Positions 58,201-64,000 of a stretch of 64,000 nt of DNA are shown here, in pieces. The notes under the pieces were generated by a model that was not told where the DNA came from, ran no database searches, and saw only the letters and a list, made by a program, of their open reading frames with translations. The DNA lies in the NCBI RefSeq assembly GCF_009914755.1, contig NC_060929.1. One strand, given 5' to 3'. How positions within the stretch are numbered: position 1 is the stretch's first letter; every line of letters begins with the position of its first letter. The translations under genes and the position numbers were made by a program. The DNA comes from the human T2T-CHM13v2.0 reference genome, Homo sapiens.

Positions 58201-60349
58201 TAGAGCAATATGTGATAAAAATAATTTATTGGTATTAAAATCTAGTTGTGTTGCATATTCATCAAATGTTTAAAATTGATGAATATATAAGAATGCCAGA
58301 AAGTGACCATATCAGTCCTGTATCCTATCAATTTGCAGGCAGCTTGATTTTTCTTCAGCAATTATATTACTTAGTTCAAAATGCGTAATAAAATTTGGAA
58401 ACCATTGCTTTCCATGTTTGCTCTCTATCTTTGGTTATGAATTTAACACTTTCAAATGTTCCAGAGTAGACGCCTTAAAGGAGAGAAAAACAGAAGCATT
58501 AGCATCAGACATTCAGCTCTAAAATCTGCTTTCTGGAAACACTTGATGTTCTTTTCCATAGTATTTAGGTTATGTTTGCTTAATAAATAAAACGACCAGT
58601 CACTTCAGTCAACAACCTGGTTATTAGGCAACCCAGAGGGGGAAAAATAACAAACTGTATTCATCCTTTCAAAATTTTGCTTTGCCATGATAAGTAGGTA
58701 TTATGAATTCGAGAGACATATTTAATCTCTGATAACTATTATTTTACATATTTATAATAAATTGCTATTTAAAATAGTATTTGATATAAAAGGATAATTT
58801 TTGTGTTACTTTTAAAAGTAGTTTTACATTTCACCCCAAGTTATGTTTTCATCAATTAATGACTTGTAGAATATTCTTACTTATAACATTGGCTTTACAA
58901 TATCAGTGAATTCTTCTGGGGCTCAGTAAAACTAACGATAAAGAGAGCGTAGTCTGGAGCTTTCAGTTAATTTCAAGGTCTTCTATTCACATCCTAAATA
59001 AAAGAACTTTGGAAATTTACTGAAATTCTCTAAGATCCTGTAAGAGAATTATAGAGATAGTGACTATCTCTTAGTATAGAATAAGGTGAGAATGTCTCTT
59101 CTTTATGTCATCCTATGACTCTGCTTTTTTTAAATAGTTTCTACTTCAATCAAGAAAGCTGTTAGATTATTATTTTTTGTATCATGGATATTTTTTCCTT
59201 TCATTGCTGAAGTTGCCTAGTCAGAGCTCACAGGGAGAATCTGCTGCATTCCTGTAATCACTACAATCTATCTCCGTGTTTCTTTTCCTACTAATCAAGT
59301 AATTATCATAATTTTTTTCAGAGGCAGCATTTATTTTGTGCTTATTCTTAACTCCTTAGCCTTAAGAAATTTGTCTAAAGTTTTGCTATAACTCCAGAGT
59401 TTTTTTTCCTGCCCCTAAACTAGGAGTTTACTTGGGCTCCAATTCTTTCTAGCTTCTTCTACAGAAACCCTCTCTTAATGGAGAACTATATCAGCTCCTT
59501 CATGGTTCTCTCAGGTAAATTGGAAGCCTTTCTGGAAACTATTCATTTTATAAATCAAATATGCACTGGCCTGGGCTTAATGAATCCTTCCTGAAAACTC
59601 AATCTTTAAAGCCAAATCCTGCTTTTCAGTATCTGAACCTGATTAAGCTGAGTGCATCTCAACACGGATCTGTGAGTTCTATTACCATGATTTGAGATCA
59701 GGAACATGTAACATTGCTTTGTCTTCCAAATGCTGAGTGCAGGATTCTAGTCTCCTCTGGGGATGCTCTACCTTCTAGGATAGTTGCAATAAGGATAGCA
59801 GTAAAGGCAGATAGACGCCCCCGTCCCAGACCAGCTAATGCTGGACACCGAGAGTAACAGCTTGCTGTATTTCCAACTCTTGGTTTGTTCCAGATAGTAA
59901 TGCTGATGGGTAAGAAAATAAAACACAATATTTGTATGAAATTATGTGATTAGTTATCTACATTAACTTTCCCAGAGTTAATGGGAGAAACTGCAGGCCA
60001 GATATATCCAGAAATGCTTTAGCACACAGGTTCATATTATTTATCCTTTTAAAACACTTATGAAAGAAGTCATTGTCTGTCACACATGTCCCACTATCTT
60101 TCTCCATAGACTTTCAACCAGGAAGGAGCTAGCTTGTCCATTCATGAATTTACATTATTCTCGGGCTGAGAGATGAAATTCTTCTAGGCACTTTGTAATT
60201 CCGGTGCTTAACAGACACAAGTGAAAGACTTCCCTGGATTAAACAATAAATCCTCAATGCAGAAACTATAGATTCTCACATGCTAAATTTAATTAAACAT
60301 GATCTAATAATAGTTCACTAATCAAAAAAACAGATTATTATGCCTAAGA

Positions 60350-62570
60350 ATTAATATAACCAATAAACAGGAATGTGTTTGTGCTCAAAGCTGTCAAAGC
60401 CTTTTATTTTCAAAAATAGGATATAAAATAACCATGGATAAACCAAGTAAATATATAACAAATTTTGTTGACAACTTGAGAAAATGGAACCACTTACAAT
60501 GACCAAGAAGTAGAAAAAAGTATATAACTCTGGATATGAAAAATTAACTCAGAAACAAACATCAATTAATGGATAAAGCACCAGATTAGTCACAAAGGAA
60601 TAAAAATTCTGTTAATTGACAATATATTTTAAAAGATTATCGACAATACACTTTGAAGAAAATAAAAAACTTTAAATATGAAAGAATAGTCAGACAAAAA
60701 GGATTAGGAATTGAAAAGGCTTGAAACGGAAAGTGAATCAGTGTGTGAATTTTCCAGGCTGAATAAAAGATATGAAACTAGAGCTAAAAGAACATAAATA
60801 GAAAATAAATAAAAATAAAATGAATAAAAAATCAACTAGAAAATAAATAAAAATCAACTATTTTGTGTACAAATCTAAGCTGAAACATTATCAAAATGAA
60901 GGCAAAAATACTACATTAAAATCAATCAGGGAAAAAAGGAAGATTAACCACCACTACGACAAAAAACAATATGATGGCCAGGAAGTTTTTAAAAGCGATA
61001 ATATAAAGGAAAAGTATGATAATAACTGTAAAGAGCTGAGAATAAATAACTGTCTACTTAGATCATCTGCTCCTGAAATTATTTGTCAATCATGAGGGTA
61101 AAAAATACACTGCAAATAATCAAAACCACTTTATTTTTGTCAAGATAATATTAAAGAAAGATAATTTAATGAACACACTACAGGAAGTGCCTAAATTTAT
61201 ATATTGACTGAATAATACAAGTATACAAATGATGAGGAGGAGGGAGGAAGAATAACAATGATATTTATAATTGTGAGGTTAAAAAGTGTAGTAAGTAATA
61301 CTACAATGATGTATAACGAAAACGTAAACTAGTTGGAGGTGATCAGACTTAAGTATTTGTAGTATCTTTTAATTGGAGGGGATTAACAGTAGTGATTTTG
61401 AAGTATTTAAATTTTAAAATATCAAGTACAATATTTACTCAAGGAATCTTAGCTTAGTGTACCAATAAATCATTTTAAATCACCATGTTAATTCATGTGA
61501 TCACCTCAGAAGGTGAAGAAAATGTATTTGAAAAAATTTAGTACACATTTGAGATCCAAAAAATAAAATCAGAATAACAAATTATTAGAATTAACAGGAG
61601 GGATTTCTACAAATTTTATTGAAATAAAATAAATACTCCCAAAATAGATTTCACTTGTGCATATATCTAACATAAAATTAGCATAGTTTGGCCAGGTGCG
61701 GTGGCTCACACCTGTAATCCCAGCACTCTGGGAGGCCGAGGCAGACGGATCACGAGCTCAAGAGATCGAGACCATCCTGACTAACATGGTGAAACTCCAT
61801 CTCTACTAAAAATAGAAAAAAAAAATTAGCTGGGCGTGGCAGCGGGTGCCTGTAGTCCCAGCTGCTGGGGAGGCTGAGGCAGGAGAATGGCATGAACCTA
61901 GGAGGCGGAGCTTGCTGTGAGCCGAGATCGCTCCACTGAACTCCAGCATGGGTGACAGAGCAAAACTCCATCTCAAAAAAAAAAAAAAAAAAAAAAATTA
62001 GCATAGTTTAAATGATGATATAATAATGGCCAATAGTTGCACAAATACAACAAAAGTTCAATGTACTAAAGAATATTTTTAACAAGGTACATTAAGAAAC
62101 TCTTTTAACAACAATATAGCATTTTATAGAAATACATAATAAACAAGCTAAATTAATGAGAGATACATCATGCTCATGTACAGGAAAGCATGTCAATTAT
62201 TCCAAAATTGGACTACAGACTGGAAAAACTTTTAGTGAAAATATCAATATGCTTTTTTGGAATTTGACAAAATAAAGTCAGCATATATATGAATGATCAA
62301 ATAATAAGAATTGTCAAGATGTATAACAATCATCTTTCAGTAGATTAAACTTAAATATGAAAAGCAAAGTTATAAACACTTCAAAACCTATTACCCTATT
62401 TTTATATCTATAGGTAAACAAGTGTTTTAAAAGTAAACATAAAAAGCAACAATCCTAAAAGAAATGACTTACTATTACGGCAATCTTAAAAATAAGATTC
62501 TTGATTTATGGAAGAGCATTATATATAAAGGAATTAAAGCAGTCATAAATGGGAGTAATTGCTATTTCCA
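60350..62570 (+). mobile_element. Ancient L1M remnants
   Basis: A-rich; 'gagatacatcatgctcatgtacaggaa', 'tttttggaatttgacaa', 'ttaaacttaaatatgaaaag'. Confidence 0.55.
61690..61997 (+). mobile_element. AluY-like
   Basis: 'gatcgagaccatcctgactaac', 'ggcatgaacctaggaggcggagcttgc'; perfect 16-bp TSD aaaattagcatagttt (61674-61689, 61994-62009). Confidence 0.96.
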
Positions 62571-63512
62571 TGGATTTCAGATTCAAAATTTCTGAAATGC
62601 TTAGACATATCCTTTTGCCTAAGCAGGCTATTGTCACCAGTTTACATGCCACAGTTTTCTTAAAATAATCTGGAGGGAAGTTTTCCAGAACAAAATTATG
62701 ATGTTACATTGGAATCCTTCAAGTGTACGTCAGTTCCTTTTCATTCAAGTTCTCTCAACTTATCTCAAAAATTGGACAGGACCTAAGATTTAGATTAATG
62801 GCTCAATTCTGGTTTGTGCTTCAAAACTAAAGTTATTTGGTAGGATTCATTCTTACATGAATCAAATAAATAATATAACTTTCTTATTTCCTTCTTTTCA
62901 AAATCCCCATAATTGATCATTCATTGCCAGTGAAAATTATGTATACTTGTCTTTTCTGCAGATGTGATTATTATCTCCACCCTATTTTTCATCAGGGTGA
63001 TGACATTATGTTTATTCTGGCTTTGGAGCATCTATAGGTAGGGCATATCTCTGGGACAAAATGTTGTTTTTAAGATCACAATGTTAGGCATCAAATGGAT
63101 TGCTGATGTGCTGTAATGTCAACACACTCAGTTCTTTTAGTCAGACAGACATGGTCTGAGGTAACTCAAGTCCACTGGCCAGTCTCCTTTGGACACAATC
63201 CACTTTCTTGCCTTACCTTGACATGCTATACCCATTTTACAAATAATATTTTCTATATGTGCCATGAAATCAGAAAAACTGAGAAGCACCGTGTTGGGTC
63301 ATCCTGTATTTCTACTATCCACTGGTATTGCTGAGATCAGAAAAAACACTGTAATTGTAATGCTGCCCCAAGAATTTCTAAGAGAGCAGAATTAAGCAAA
63401 ACAAAACCAAAAAATTCTGGCATTCTATAGCTGAATCTATTCTTTACCATAAGTGGGGGAAGAAAGATTCTTCAAGGACATACTTAAAAGTGGCTTTATG
63501 AGACATACATAG

Positions 63513-63696
63513 TGATATGGTTTGGAACTGTGCCGCCACCCAAGTCTCATGTTCAATTGTAATCCCCAGTGTTGGAGGCTGACCTGGTGGGAGGCGATTG
63601 GATCATCGGGGCAGTTCCTGATTGTTTAGCACCATTCCCCAGTGCTGTTCTTGTGATACGGTTCTCATGAGATCTGGTTGTTTAAAAGTGTGTAGC
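63513..63696 (+). mobile_element. MSTA LTR 5' half, interrupted by an L1
   Basis: tgatatggtttggaactgtgccgccacccaagtctcatg...gagatctggttgtttaaaagtgtgtagc. Confidence 0.9.
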
Positions 63697-64000
63697 CGTA
63701 TGTTTATTGCAGCACTACTCACAATAGCAAAGACTTGGAACCAACCCAAATGTCCAACAATGATAGACTGGATTCAGAAAATGTGGCACATATACACCAT
63801 GGAATACTATGCAGCCATAAAAAACGATGAGTTCATGTCCTTTGTAGGGACATGGATGAAGCTGGAAACCATCATTCTGAGCAAACTATTGCAAGGACAA
63901 AAAACCGAACACTGCATGTTCTCACTCATAGGTGGGAATTGAACAATGAGAACACTTGGACACAGGAAGGGGAACATCACATACTGGGGCCTGTTGTGGG
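63697..64000 (+). mobile_element. 5'-truncated L1PA 3' end (runs off the window)
   Basis: [20 protein letters not shown]...MFSLIGGN* followed by 3' UTR. Confidence 0.96.

Noticed and set aside
59690-59930. Slightly GC-richer stretch with a possible exon (ag| at ~59778, |gtaaga at ~59909)
   Set aside because: All frames contain stops and there is no supporting homology; it cannot be told apart from chance.
63622-63942. 106-aa ORF
   Set aside because: Chance in-frame fusion of the MSTA LTR with the L1 ORF2 C-terminus.

Overview
This is AT-rich, repeat-dense primate genomic DNA; AluY-like, L1PA and MER11 elements point to a catarrhine such as human. I can support no host protein-coding exon or RNA gene, and the ORF-track entries are repeat-derived or spurious. 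About half the window is recognisable transposon sequence: four twin-primed (5'-inverted) L1s, about 12 Alus, MaLR LTRs, a THE1 LTR plus internal piece, Tigger1/Tigger3/MER5/MER94 DNA transposons, and a ~10.2 kb two-LTR MER34-family ERV1 provirus with an env remnant and nested insertions. The standout is a ~4.4 kb stretch (~6450-10860, minus strand) that matches no repeat I recognise. Translated by hand through stops and frameshifts, it gives a collinear series of motifs resembling a Mononegavirales L polymerase (RdRp, then PRNTase/capping, then connector). The matches look closer to pneumo-/paramyxo-/filovirus L than to bornavirus L, so it is a candidate ancient endogenous non-retroviral RNA-virus element, interrupted by an MSTA LTR and an old Alu monomer. 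Reference motifs and repeat subfamily names are recalled from memory and need computational confirmation.
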